This document shows, one piece after another, positions 23,920-37,260 of a stretch of 64,000 bases of DNA; position 1 is the stretch's first letter, and the number at the start of each line of letters is the position of its first letter. The stretch comes from Eledone cirrhosa. Taxonomy: Eukaryota. Under the pieces are notes generated by a model, which was given only the letters and a program-made list of their open reading frames with translations, searched no databases and was not told the origin of the DNA. The position numbers and the translations under genes are program-made. The stretch covers positions 32,674,001-32,738,000 of the forward strand of contig OZ024758.1 of the NCBI GenBank assembly GCA_964016885.1, given 5' to 3'.

Positions 23920-24745
23920 AATGTGCCCGGAGAATGCCAACAAGATTTTCGAATCTTTCAACAAAGCTGACAATAACATCAAATTCAGCATTGAACATTC
24001 CACCGACTCTGGGTCCCTCGCTCTATTTGATTTCAGACTGAACATCTCTGATAGCGGTGAAATCCACACTGATTTCTACTGCAAAGTGGCCAGCAAGGAC
24101 CTGTTTGTGCATTACAAATCTACCCTCCCCAACAGCTCTAAAAGAGGGTACACCTTCTACGAAATGGCTCGCATACGCAACCGATGCAGTGACGCTGCTA
24201 ATAGAGCCACCCATATTAGACGTTTCCACAGGGTACTAGAGATTAATGGCTACCCAGCTTCTCCACCCCACGATGGAACCCCAGACCCAGAGACTAGACT
24301 TAACACAAACAACAGTTGTTTCTTCAAGATCTCAGCGAGGAAACCACCAATGCCATATGTAAAGCCATCAGAAGCGAGGGCCTCAATATCAAACTAGTTC
24401 ACTCTGGACCTTCCCTATGAAGATGCTTCTCCACAAGACAACCCCCCAATGAGGATAACAGATGCACCCTAGCCAATTGCCCTATCTGCAACACTAATTG
24501 TTGCCTACGTACCTATGTAGTATACAGGCAATCTATTTTATATAGACAGCACTATTCAACCATTACATCTCCGTATTAAAGACCATGTTAACATCAACTC
24601 CTCTTCCTTCTCCAAACACATCATCAAATACAGAAACCGGGACAGCATTACTGCCACAGTCTTAACTACCGAACGCAGTGAAGGCACACTAAGAATTAAG
24701 GAAGCCCTCTTAATCAAGCAATTAAAATCTAGGATCAATAATCAA
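23920..24745 (+). mobile_element. Penelope-like element 3' part (RT thumb and GIY-YIG), decayed
   Basis: FNKADNNIKFSIE..LALFDF..TDFYCK..FVHYKS, then CPIC..VVY..YIDSTIQPLHLRIKDH..SKH..LRIKEALLIKQLKSRIN. Confidence 0.85.
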
Positions 24746-24749
24746 ATGT

Positions 24750-25970
24750 CAACAGTGCTTTAAAATCTTGGACAGAAGCCAAAAGAATTTTATATGATGG
24801 TCCTTCAACATTGGAGACAATGGGTCTAATTTTCAGGTCGGGTCCTTCCTTGTGGGTTTTGATCAGATGGTAGAAGTTGGGCAGCCTGCTGTTTCTTGTT
24901 ATGTAATTGTACTTTGAGAGCCTTCGTTGGTCATAGATGTTGGTGGGCTAGGTTGTTGTAGGCCTCTCTGGTAATAATACAAAACTCTTTTCCCTTGTCC
25001 GATGGGATGTACACAAGGTTCCTAGATCTGAGGTTGGTTAGGGTAGCAAGTTGTGGTCTGGAGAGGTTCTGGTGAGTATGTGTATGTTTTTGTAGGATGT
25101 TAGTAATGGTAAGTTTTAACCATGAGAGTTTAGTCTCGAGATCAAGGTTGACAGGTGAAGGGTATTGTAAGTTGAGATGGTAAAGGGGGAATTTTGCTCC
25201 ATTGTGGAAGTCTCGAAGGGTCGATGAAAGACAACGACTTGAGCTTGTAGGCAGCTCTCAATGTTGAGTCTGAGCCTGTCATTGAGTCACTGTGTCAGGA
25301 TCAACTTGGGTCCGAGACGGAGGAGTTGCATTTCATCATCGGAAAGAAAGCTGATTAGATAGGTGTCGTGTTTGTGGTATTCCACATGTTGAACCCCGAC
25401 TCCATTAGTGTTAGAGGTAGTCTGGTAGGGAGGAGTCTTGTCATCACGTTTAGTACTATTCCTAGCTTTAATCTGTGTTTTAAAGGTCCAGTCGAATTTA
25501 GGTTTGAGACGTTCTTTCTCAAATTGGACCCGAGCATGGTAGCACTGGTCAATAGTGGCTGTAGTAGTATGGAGAAGGCTATCGGGTGTTATTCTAAGTA
25601 ACAGCATGGTAGCACTGGTCAATAGTGGCTGTAGCAGGCTATCGGGTGTTATTCTAAGTAACAGCATCAGTTCTGAGATTGTCTGTGTGTGTAGGTGGAG
25701 CTGGTGGTGTAAATTCCGTGTGAATTTCTTTATGCAGGTGTGGTGTATATGTTTGATGAATCCTGAAGAATTGAGGCCTCGAGGGAGGTGGATATTTCTT
25801 ATGGTGTTGGGGATTACATCGTTCTTCAGACAGCGTTAAAGAAAATTAATCTGGCAGCCAATCCTTGCTCATTTCTCCGATAATCTAAAAATTCCCTTTA
25901 CAGTTGCAAACTAGTCCTGGCTCAGGTGTAAAGATAAGAGAGCGTTGTAGGTTGCTTGAAGCATTGTTGA
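24750..25970 (-). mobile_element. Penelope-like element 5' part (N-terminus to RT start), decayed and opposite in orientation
   Basis: FL*RCLKNDVIP, LSDDEMQLLRLGPK and LPNFYHLIKTHKEGPDLKIRPIVS (PLE RT signature). Confidence 0.85.
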
Positions 25971-26272
25971 ATAGGAAACACAAATTTAAATAATTTTGAA
26001 AACCAAACAATGCACAAGAAAGATAATTAAAGTTGCTAAGATAACAAAAGATCTTACTTTAGCAAACTTAATAATTCCAAATATTTTCGGGTTTAAAAAC
26101 CCATTATTGAATGGAAAGAAGTGCACTAGAATTGCTAATTTAAAAGTCTATATTCCAACATCCCAGTAGTCTGTTTCTAGATTCACACACACACATACAT
26201 ATATCACACACATATTTCCCTTTTTATTATATAGATATTTGTACACGCCTTTCACTACATAAATTTACATTC

Positions 26273-26888
26273 AATGGAAAAGAATGAAACAAAATTTCAT
26301 TTCTCACTCTTAGTACGGCTGATACTTAAATGTAAGTATGTATACGTAGATACATATATGTATACAGACGTACAGTAATATGTATATATATACATACATG
26401 CACACATATATATATATGTACGTATGGGTTTACCGAACATTTATTATAATGTTCGGTTTGTTTGTAAACAAACAGCCCGAATTAAGCCGTACAGTGTTCG
26501 GCAACCATCGTCGCCTTTTTGTTCAACACTGACAAAGGAACAATGTACTAGTTTCAAGCTTATTAGCTATCGTCAGCATCGTATACCTTCCTGTCAGATG
26601 ATTGAATGTTTGAAAGTATATACTTTGCTTATGCATATTAACGGCTGAACAGCCTAAATTGCATATCGAGTGAGTTAATCGGCCGGGCGTACCGAAAACG
26701 ATAAATGGAAAAGAATGAAACAAAATTTCATTTCTCACTCTTAGTACGGCTGATACTTAAATGTAAGTATGTATACGTACATACATATATGTATACAGAC
26801 GTACAGTAGTATGTATATATATACATACATGCACACATATATATATGTACGCATGGGTTTACTGAACATTTATTATAATGTTCGGTAC
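26273..26888. repeat. Unclassified dispersed repeat of about 430 bp with partial tandem duplication; second copy at 41203-41620
   Basis: 26273-26455 is repeated at 26704-26885. Contains the hairpin CCGAACATTTATTATAATGTTCGG. Confidence 0.75.
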
Positions 26889-26904
26889 ATTATAATAAAT
26901 GTTC

Positions 26905-27636
26905 GGTAAACTCCTGACATCCATGTTCTTATCAAAGCAGAACGCCCAAGCATTGAGTCTCAAGTAACATCTTCTCAAATGCACTGGACTGGACATATCG
27001 TCTGCATGAAAGAAAACAGGATCCCGAAACAACTGTTTTACGGTGAACTCCATCTTGGAAAAAGGCCTCAACACAAACCGAAAATGAGGTTCAGGGACAA
27101 CATCAAGAACAATCTCAAAGAACTGGCATTTGATAGAGACAACTGTGAGGAGATAGCTCGAAATAGGGCTGGGTGGAGAAAGCACATAAAGGGCAGTTAG
27201 AAAACCTTTGAGGAATATCGTTTGGAACATAAACAACTGAAGCATCAGCTCCGGAAGGGCTGTGCTCACAATCTTGATGAAGTCACCAGTAGTTGGACAT
27301 GCTATTTCTGTCAGTGTGTACTCCTCTCAAAGGCTGGTAACCTGAAGTTACATGATAGGATAACCACTTGCAACACCACTCAACAAAGACCTGGTGAAAC
27401 AATGTGATATGCAACAAAGTGTGTAGGACTAGTTCCAGACTAAAAATACACATGGTAGTACATAAAGATTGTGTCCCACAGGGTGACCCCCACCAGTCCT
27501 GTGGTAAGAATAACTCTCTTCTGTCACCTGTGTTGTAAACCATGCAGATCTGTAGCTGGCCTACAAAGTCATCTACGAAGTCATGGACGCAGAGGGGATG
27601 ATAACAAAGAATCAATAAGAGACGCTGCAATCCTCA
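26905..27636 (+). mobile_element. Decayed BovB-like RTE 3' end with several C2H2 remnants
   Basis: WTGHIVCMKENRIPKQLFYGEL; CHLCCKPCRSVAGLQSHLRSH. Confidence 0.85.
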
Positions 27637-27664
27637 TGTATGTATATATGTATGGATATATGTT

Positions 27665-29703
27665 TCATAAGGAACTCAAGGATGTGAAATCACGTGTGAG
27701 GCAGAGGCTCTCTCAGATTAAAGATAAGTGGTGGAGTGAGAAAGCTGATAAGATACAAGCTGCATCAGATTCCAATAACACAAAGCTGTTGTACAATCTC
27801 TTGCATGAAGTTTATGGACCACCTTCTCTGGTGACACCGCTTTGCAACAGGGATGGCAAGGAAATTTGTGACTAACAGGGAATTCTGTGAAAGTGGCGAG
27901 AGCACTTCAATGAACCTTTGAATCAACCATCTGTCATCAATGAAGATTTCCTCAATCTAATCCCTGAAAAACCTGTGAAAGTAGCTCTCGCAGTACCACC
28001 AACGTTAGAGGAAGTTGCAGTAGCTGTCTTGAAGCTGAACAGTGGAAGGGCTCCAAGTATGGATGGCATACATGCAGAACTCTTACAATATGGTGGTGAG
28101 AAACTTCTGTGACATCTTCCCTTTGTTTGGCAGGATATGGGTTAGTGAATCCGTACCTGAGGACTGGAGAGATGCAGTAATGGTGGTCTTGTACAAGGGA
28201 AAGGGTAATAGGAATGATTGTGGGAACTACAGAGATATATCATTGCTTTCTTTTGCAGGAAAAGTTTTATGTAGGGTGCTTGTGGACCGTCTGCTGACAC
28301 ACATTGCAGATTATGTTCTTCCTGAAAGTCAATCTGGTTTTTGTCCTGGACAAAAGCTTTAAATCTGTATCCGGTTTTTGTCGATCTGACAAAAGCTTTC
28401 GTTACTGTGAACAAAAATGCATTGTGGAAGGTTCTCCAGAAACATGGTTGCCCTGATAAGTTCCTTGCTTTAGTTAGGTCTTTCTATGACGATATGATGG
28501 CTTGGATTAATGTCGGAGGTAACATGTCGGAGCCTATCTCAGTAAAAAATGGAGTGAAACAGGGGAATATTCCAGCACCAACCCTATTTACCATAGACTT
28601 TGCGATGGTTTTCTATATTGCATTCAGGAATTGCAAGCATGGGGTTTACATCTACTATCGAACCTCTGGCAGCATCTACTATCGAACCTCTGGCACTTTG
28701 CTGCAAAAACAAAAGTATTTACATCAATCATAAGAGACCTCTTGTATGCAGATGATTGCGATCTTGTAGCACACACAGAGATTTAAATGCAACACATTTT
28801 GAATCATTTTCTGATGCTTGCACTGCCCTAGGATTGACTGCCAGTCTCAAGAAAACCGTCATCATATACCAACCTGCTCCTGGTAAGCAACTTGGAGTGG
28901 TTGATCAGTTTGTATACCTGGGAAGCACTGGCAATTGATACAGCAACCTTGATAATGAAATTTTACACAGGATTAAGAAAGCAAGTGATGCTTTCGGAAA
29001 GCTAGAAAGGCGCCTCTGGAGTCGGTGAGACATATGCAAGAAGACAAAGGTAAAGGTGTACAAGGCATGTGTACTCTCTTCTCTTCTTTATGCCTGCGAG
29101 ACCTGGGTCACATATCAACACCACCTTAAACAGTTGTTGGAACATTTCCATCAGATGTGTGTTGGATGGATCCATGGCGTTCACTGGAGGGACCACACTA
29201 GCGATGTTGAGATTTTGGAAAGTTCTCTGTGTGAAAGTATAAAAAGCTCTTGTGCTTAAGCAAACACTCCAATGGACTGGTCACCTTGCCAGGATGGAGA
29301 ATTCTAGGATACCAAAACAACTCTTTTATGGGGATATAGTTAAAGGAAAACGACCTCCACATAAACCAAAAGAGAGGTATAAGGATTTGTTGAAAACCGC
29401 CTTGAAAGACGCTAATATCTCTGCTGATACATGGGAAAGTGTAACTGCTGATTGTAATAAATGGAGAAAGACTGTACATGAGGGGAAAGTTGCTTTTGAA
29501 GCATCTTGATTTGCACACGAGAAAGTAAAAAGGGATGCCAGGAAAGGCATTGCTGTTGCATTTCCAGACAGCAAAGGTCCTCCTTGGCTGGGCTAAAAAG
29601 CCACATTCAATTGCAGCACCGTTAATTATTAATATATACGTGTGTGCTTTTTGTTTTTAATCGTGTAATGGGCCATACTCAATAATGAGGGGGCAGCCAT
29701 CAT
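27665..29703 (+). mobile_element. Decayed BovB-like RTE, homologous to 42558-46690
   Basis: Fragmented RT motifs (NYRDISLLS, FVDLTKAF, GVKQG, LYADD, YACETW); 3' end GGCCATACTC..GGCAGCCATCAT. Confidence 0.9.
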
Positions 29704-30026
29704 GTATGTATGTGATAGATATCATAACATTTGGTTCAAAATCAAGTACCAATCACAAAACATATTAGTATATTAGATATGGATTGGTAAGGTTATCCTA
29801 GTTCCTCCAATTAGTGATTAAGATAATATTAGCAATCTAAATATCAATCTCTTCTTACAATTAAACATCCAATTGTTGTTGGCTATTAAAAATGTTTATA
29901 TCTATTTTACTCTTTCTTTTAGGAAACATCAATTCTTGCAATGGCTGCCAACAGATATGTTTATATCTCTATATTTTTTTGTTTTGCAAGGTTTTTGATA
30001 TGAAATCATGTGTTGAAACAAATATT

Positions 30027-30905
30027 GTTATATTTGGGGAGGGTCATATTGTTATAATATTGCCAGAAATAATAATAAAACACACTCATTGTTTGGTTTG
30101 GATTGGTTTTTGCTTCTGTATCTTTTATATCTCCATAGTTGATTTATCTGGCAATCAATGTTTATCATTGATTGACCAATGGTTAAAAATACAGATATAT
30201 ATATAGTCTATTAAAGTTCTTTCATCACACACCTGTGACATCATCAGTGGTACTATCATGTTTCCTCCCATTATATTGCAATATCTACGCCATTTTTATT
30301 TTATTTATTTATTTATTTATTTATTTATTCTTGTCCTCTGTCTCTGTTTGTACATGCATTTGTGTGTGTTTTCTGTTTGGCATGTTTGTTTGTGTCTGAG
30401 TCTGTGTGTTTATATTCTATTTTTCTTCACTAGTGTGTGTTTATGTGTGGTTGTTGTTATTGTACCTTGTATATTTATTTATTTTTATCTATCTTAGGTC
30501 AGTATTGTGTGTTTATGTATGGTTGTTGTTATTATTCCATTCATTTTTTTTTGTTCAACTTTGGTTTTCTTAGTTCAGTTGCTTCTCTGATTTGCCTACC
30601 TGTTGAGTCATTTCTATGTTGCCTATATTACCATCATGTCTTTGTCTGGCATGTTCATATAGTACTGAACCATCTTTTGTACCACTGATGCTGTCACAGG
30701 TGTGTGATGAAAGAACTTTGATAGACTATATATATATCTGTATTTTTAATCATTGGTCAATCAATGATAAACATTGATTGCCAGATATATTAACTATGGA
30801 GATATAAAAGATACAGAAGCGAAAACCAATCCAAACGAAACAGTGAGTATGTTCTATTATTATTTCTGGCGATATTATAACAATATGACCCTCACCAAAT
30901 ATAAC
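30027..30905. mobile_element. Penelope-like pLTR pair: about 227-bp inverted arms, each starting with a degenerate hammerhead core
   Basis: 30027-30253 is inverted relative to 30679-30905. Minus arm reads CTGATGA-T-GTCACA-GGTG-TGTGAT-GAAA. Confidence 0.65.
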
Positions 30906-31769
30906 TCTATATATATATATATATATATATATACATACTCACACACGTGTGTGTGTGAGAGAAATCAAGTATGTTTATGCCCGATATGAGCTGGCAGCTT
31001 ATGCAATCAATTGAATAGTAGAACACGATTAATCTGTATTTACAATACACTGTGAAGCATGTCGCATATGTTTCAAGTCTTAAAAATATCACAGATTAAT
31101 AAATGCTTAACCATATATATATAGTAAATTGTGTAAGAATAATATAATATAACTTTCTTCTCCTTACAAAATAAAGATGTTCCATCAAGGTGAATATATT
31201 AATCTCATTAATAGGTGCTGTAGTGGTGAAATTTTCAAGGATTTTGGCAGTACGGTCACACAGACATTGAAATTACGTAGCAATTACCATATAAACTCAA
31301 ATATAAGCTGACCCTACTGTATAGATCATACACTGTTTACTTTCCTGACATTTGTACATTATTCTATGTGCTATACGTGCCCCTTTGATGAGTTATAGTG
31401 CACCTGAGCACTGTACACAATAATTTTCATTATTATTATTATTTTATATCTGAGAAATGAGCCAAAATACCAACCTTATTTTACGTGGAAGTTGGTAAAA
31501 GTCATTCAAATATTGACACCAAATATAAACCGTTCTACCATCGAGTTTTTGGGGGGTTTTTTTCACATATTCCTCAGCTTATATTCAAGTATATATCGTT
31601 TTATTGCCAATAATTTATATTGTATGTCAATTATTTTGATATTTTTATCAACAGATATATCAGCATACTTTTGCTGCACTCTTTTTTAGTGCATTTGATT
31701 CACTGTCTGCCTCAGATGTGTCTTCATCTGTCTGAGGCCACTTGTGCTTTTTAAAAAGAGGAGGGCATG

Positions 31770-31976
31770 TTAACATTTAAACCAGCCATATCCAGCCAGA
31801 ATTTTGTCACCTCTTTCTGTTCAAACTGGCTGTAACCAGCTTCTCGTACTGATGTTAAGGTATTGTTTTCAAAATAAATAATATCAAAATCTCATAGCTC
31901 CAATATTATGTGAGATAAAGCCTTTACCGTGAAAATATAATAGTAAATATAGAGTAATGTAAATGGTAAAGGGTTA
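31770..31976 (+). mobile_element. Unexpanded copy of the MITE at 21615-23075
   Basis: Colinear with both flanks of the array and holds one unit. Confidence 0.8.
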
Positions 31977-32911
31977 GATACTCCACTCAAAGTGTTTTAA
32001 AGATCCAATATCTTCTGAATTTTTAAATGTCTTAAGATTTTGTATCACATGAAACTGCATTAGCAAGACTTTCTAAAAAAGTACAAAACAGTACAATAAC
32101 TATATCACATTAAAAATTGAAGTCTTTACTCTAATAAAGATACCGTAAACATTTGAACTAACAAACACAATTTATAATATTTTCTGCTAAATAATTATGC
32201 TAAGAGTTAAGAAGTTTTATAAAATCTATTACAATGTGATTTTAATCTGTCAAAATTAATGAGCGATGTTTCCACCAATCTTTACTCCAATTTTATTGAT
32301 TTGAACTTTTGTTTTTCAATATTCCTAACCAGAGTTCCTTCAGCTGAAAAAAATTACATTTCATAAATGCAATTATCAATATTGTCCATACTCATTTAAT
32401 AAAGGAAAGTTATTTTGATTTTCTTTTGAGAAAATAGGTTTTTCTTTTCAGAAACACAAAATAAATTTTCCATGGATAAATATATCTAAAATAATAAAAT
32501 TTATCTGCATTAAAATTAAAACCTAGTTCCAAAATTATCTACTATTCTCACGAGAATACTTTTACAAGTACTATAACCCACTTTGATACTAAATTTCTAA
32601 TGAAATTCAATGTCAATTTATTTCAATTAATTTTGAAAATAGTCAAAAATTTATAGGGATTCAGTAAAATAACAAACACTTAATTAAGTAGGCTGATACT
32701 TGGAGTATTACCATAAATTCTCAAATATAAGCCGACTCCAGTATTTCATGTCTGAGAAATAGGTAAAAGCAACAAGCACCTCCTTAGCAAGCTGATATTT
32801 GGAGTATTACCATATATCCTCGAATATAGGCCGATCCCACTATCTTATGTTTGAGAAATGGGTAAAAATCCAAACCTTGGATCATCATGGAAGAGGACTT
32901 GTTCAATATAT

Positions 32912-33230
32912 ATAGAGAAATGAAGCAAGCATGTTATTGTGCATGAGAAAAACTGGATATAGGAGGAATCGGATGCAGTGTGCAAAAGAGAAGACTGTGC
33001 CGGTGTGGACATGTGGTATATATGGAGGAATGCCAAGAGATCCTAGTGGATGGAAGCTGCAGTAGAGGAAGACCTGGGCAGAAGAGATTAGAACTGATTT
33101 CAAAATGCTGAACCTCGAAGTGGAGATGATGAAGGAACATAACAAGTGGAGGGAAAATGTGCTGGAGGAAAGCTCTCTAATTCATGAAAGCTTGGAAAAA
33201 CAGACATAAAATATTGATGATAATGATGAC
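32912..33230 (+). mobile_element. Old RTE 3' fragment
   Basis: GAGAAATGAAGCAAGCATG..AGAGGAAGACCTGG.. and a degenerate (GAT) tail. Confidence 0.7.
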
Positions 33231-33306
33231 TTAGATACACCCCACCCCCACACACACAGGGTGTTGTAAATGATGCCAAGAAAGCACGTCGTAGGCAACT
33301 TTTATA

Positions 33307-33505
33307 TTAACCCTTTACATCCTGTAACAATTTAGTAGGAAATATCTAAAAAAATGTGTTTCCTACCAGACAGAATATTGGAAACATTTGCAGTAAACTA
33401 AAATAGACTTTCATTTTTAAAGTGATGCAGTTATAGTGCTGCTTTGTACTTTTCAAGAATGTCTTTCTTATATAGTTTTATGTGGTACAGGATATTAAGA
33501 GTTAA
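33307..33505. mobile_element. piggyBac-type MITE (partial copy at about 34205-34271)
   Basis: TTAA-CCCTTTACATCCTGTAAC ... GGTACAGGATATTAAGAG-TTAA. Confidence 0.6.
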
Positions 33506-33569
33506 GTATGCTTAGATCAAATGTATGTATGTTTGTTAATAATTATATACATGTATTATTATGCATTAC

Positions 33570-33985
33570 GGCCTTTCATCCTTACGGGGTCGATAAAATA
33601 AAGTACCAGTAATACACTGGGTAATTGCTGGCCTTGTGCCAAAAGTAGAAACAATTATTATGCATATGTCAACAATGCAAGGAAAAGCTTCCTGGCTGTT
33701 GTTTAGCCTAAGGTTAACCAAGATATAGCATGCTCTAGTCATGACCATCCTATTCTTTTTAGGGTATGATAAATACTACATTACTTACTTAAGATGGTAG
33801 ACACCATGCTTTGAGGCATAGGGTCACACACCTTTATGATCTGAGTTTAAATCCTGCTGAGGTTAGCTTTGCCTTTCATCTTTACGGAGTTGATAAAATA
33901 AAGTACCAGTAATGGACTGGGGTCGATTTAATCGATTTTCCCATCCCTCAAAATTGTTGGCCTTGAGCCTAAATCAAAACCAATG
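33570..33985 (+). mobile_element. Two Meta/MESC-like SINE fragments (33570-33660 and 33795-33985)
   Basis: GCCTTTCATCYTTACGGRGTYGATAAAATAAAGTACCAG in both. Confidence 0.75.
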
Positions 33986-35160
33986 ATTTAGCAGAAAAAT
34001 ATCTAAAAATGGATTTGTTAATTCAAATGTTTATAGTATGTTTATTAGTAAACAGCTCATTGTGAAAATTTGTGGTATTAGGGTAAAGTCTAATTTTTAA
34101 TCTGATACAGAATTTATGAGCTGAAACACTTGCTTGAGGAGGGTTTCTTCATTGAAGACCTTCTGCTATCCAGTTCTCCTGCAAATTTCTGACCAGTCAT
34201 TGTGCTGGTTTGTACTTTTAAAGAATGTTTCGTTAATGTTATTTCATGTGGAACAGGATGTTAAGAGTTAATAACCAAAAAATATGAATCAGAATCACTG
34301 CTATATTTTTACAGCAACCAGACAATCTATTTTAGAGATGAATGGGATGCTACTTCCTTGAAATGAAGCACCTTAATGAGAGAACGGTCTTGTATTGGTA
34401 TCCATTAGAAAGAGGCAAAGGGGTCATCCCAAGATGAACTAGTGACAGACAATTGACAGAGATCTGAAACCAGTCAATGATGTATTGATAGATGCAACTG
34501 AACACGGTCATTAGAGCACTTTGGCTGTCTCATGTGTCTTAAGACATGGGAGCTTCTAAGTAATATCATCATCATCATTTCATTTTACATCCACTTTTTC
34601 CCTGCTTGCACATATACATATGTGAGTCCTGGGTTCAATCGGAGGTAACCACAGTAAGTAAGGTCCTTTGAATGAAACAGTTATAGTACTGTACTCTTTT
34701 ACCTGTTTCAGCCATCTGGGGCACCGCCCTGTAGAAACCATTTCTATATTAAAAAATCTTATATATACACGACATCCCAAGATGAATTGGTTGCAGACAA
34801 TTGACAGAGATTTAAAACCTGTCAACAATAGTTGGAACAATGTATTGATGCAACTGACCATAGTCTAGGTGAGAAGAGAGCCACAACAGCAATACAATAT
34901 ATAAATTTGATTTTCAATTTTGAAAATTAAAACAATGAAATAGAATTCAGTTTCACTTGTCATCAGAGTTCATTTGTATTTATAATTTATTTAGAATTTT
35001 TTAGAATTTTGTCTTCAGAACAGCTTAACCATAATTTGTTGAAAATAAAATGTATTTAAATGTATATATAGTGTATTTTGCAATACACTGTATGCTTAAT
35101 TAAAAGCATTTTGAAGACCATAAGCTATTGTTTTAAAGTAGTGACAATGTCACTTACTTA

Positions 35161-35256
35161 AATTTTCAGCAAACAGGGGAGATAAGCTGACAGAGCTCTG
35201 TTTCATACTTGTTGGTACTTATCAAAGCTCACTACTCTCCCTGTTTGCTGAAAATT
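35161..35256 (-). ncRNA. Type I hammerhead ribozyme, U3-A8 core variant, long stem I
   Basis: Minus strand: AATTTTCAGCAAACAGGGAGAG TAG TGAGCT [TTGATAA] GTAC CAACAA GTAT [GAAA] CAG AGCT CTG [TC] AGCTTA T CTCCCCTGTTTGCTGAAAATT. All three stems pair. Confidence 0.8.
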
Positions 35257-35319
35257 ATGTGTGTTGGATTCTTATAGAATTCCAGTAATAATCAGGAACT
35301 GATTATACAGAGCGGTCAC

Positions 35320-37260
35320 CGGTACGCTAAATTCCTCGCTATACTCATTGCTAATCCTAACTTTGCTGACTGCTTCCTTATACATGGCTTGTACAGCTTT
35401 CACAAACCATTCATCTACTCCTAGTTTTCTAAGAGCCCACCAGATTACAGCACAGGGAACTCTGTCAAAGGCTTTCTCGAGATCGACGAATGCCAGGTAG
35501 AGTGGCTTACTTTTAGCTAGGTACTTTTCCTGCAACTGCCTCACAAGGAAGAGGGCATCAGTGGTGCCTCTTCCTTGCACAAACCCAAATTGCATCTCAT
35601 CTAGTTTCACCCGGCCCCTAAACAACTGTGCTATAACTCTTTCTGTTACTTTCATGACCTGGTCCATCAGCTTTATACCTCTATAGTTTCCTCTATCTAG
35701 TGCATCACATTTACCTTTGTAGCAGTTGACAATGATGCTACTGCACCAATCCTTTGGTATGACACCTTCTAGTATTACCTGGTTAACAATACGTGTGGTT
35801 ATGGTGTGACCTACCGAACCAGATGCCTTCAGCATCTCGGCAGCTATACCCGATGGGCCGGTTGCCTTCCCCATCTTCATATCTTTGATTGCCTTACTTA
35901 TTACGCTGCTGCTGACTTGTACTGCTGGCCCCCTCTATAGGGTCTACTTGGGGTAGAGTCTCTTCTTCCCATGCATTCTCCTCATTTAGTAATCTTTCAT
36001 AATGGCTCTTCCACGCATCATTCTTCTCAGCACTTGAGAGGGCAATCTCACCTTTATCATTCCGGATACACTTCTCTCGAATGACATCACAATTCTCTCT
36101 GACACACTGCCTCACAATCTTGAACACCTGTTTCTGGTCCTCACATTGCAAAACATGCTTGAATTTTCTATCCGCTGCTTCCCTCCTAGCTAAGTATACT
36201 TGTCGCCTAGCTTCCCTCTTGGTCTCTATATGATGTATCCTGCTCCCCTTGTTCTTCCATTCTTTCCATGCTTGTCTCTTGGCCTTAACTGCCTCATCTA
36301 CCTTATTGTTCCACCACCAAGTCACTCTCCTCCTACCTGTGGTCTTACTCCAGCCACAGATCTAATCCGTCACCTCTCGTAAGTTATTTTTTAGGAAATC
36401 CCAGTGATCTCCTACATTGAATGTCTCTATCTGTCCTTCTTTATTGTCATAGGCATTGAGTAAAATATCTTTAAATCTGTTACTGGCTGAGGAGTCTTTC
36501 AGCTTCCAGATCTTTCTTCACCAGGTTTGTCTATTTCTGACTGTGAGGTCGCTGACAACTAAGCTATGTTGGGAGGTACATTCCTCACTAGGGAAGGCTT
36601 CTGTGTTTACGACTGTCCATCTGTCAGGTCCTCTGATGAGGATAAAATCTATCTGACTAGAATGCTCCCCTGATCTATAGGTAATCAGGTGGTTGTCGGG
36701 TTTTTTGAAGTTTGTGTTACATATCGACATGTCATTGGCGTCGCAGAATTCTAGAAGCCTGAATCCTTCTTCATTTCTTGTGCCAACCCCATGGCCTCCA
36801 TGGACTCTATAGAAGCTGTCGCAGTGTTTACCTACGTGTCTGTTAAAATCTTCTGCAATGATTAGGAAGTCATTGTCATTTGTTAGAGCAGTAGTGTGCA
36901 TTAGGGACTCGTAAAACCTATCCTTAAGTTCGTCTGGCAACCCTGATTGGGATGTGTAAGCTGATATTATTGTGGTAATTGTTTTATTCAGGACTAGTCT
37001 GAGTTTAATGGTTCTTGCATTCACCCTGTTCACTGAGATTACCTTATCTACCCACTTGTCAGCTATCGTCATTTCCCACCCAGAAAAATTTGTAGCACTG
37101 ACTTTCTCCTACAAGAACTCTAGCAGACTCTCCTCTCCATCTAGTCTCTTGCACAAAGCATACATCAATTTCCTTTCGCTCTAGCATCTCTACGATTTCT
37201 CCTGCTCTTCCTTTCATTGTGCTTACATTGATGGTACCAACTCGGAGTTTTGGGCATTTG
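35320..37260 (-). mobile_element. Decayed RTE 5' portion (APE and RT N-half); putative 5'UTR to about 37690
   Basis: GTINVSTM, TIISAY, SQIDFILIR, TSQH, NYRGIKL, FVDLEKAFDRV. Close relative of 49125-51849. Confidence 0.92.

Noticed and set aside
34930-34975. CTGATGA-CAAGT-GAAAC on the minus strand
   Set aside because: No stem II is possible and stem I is out of register.
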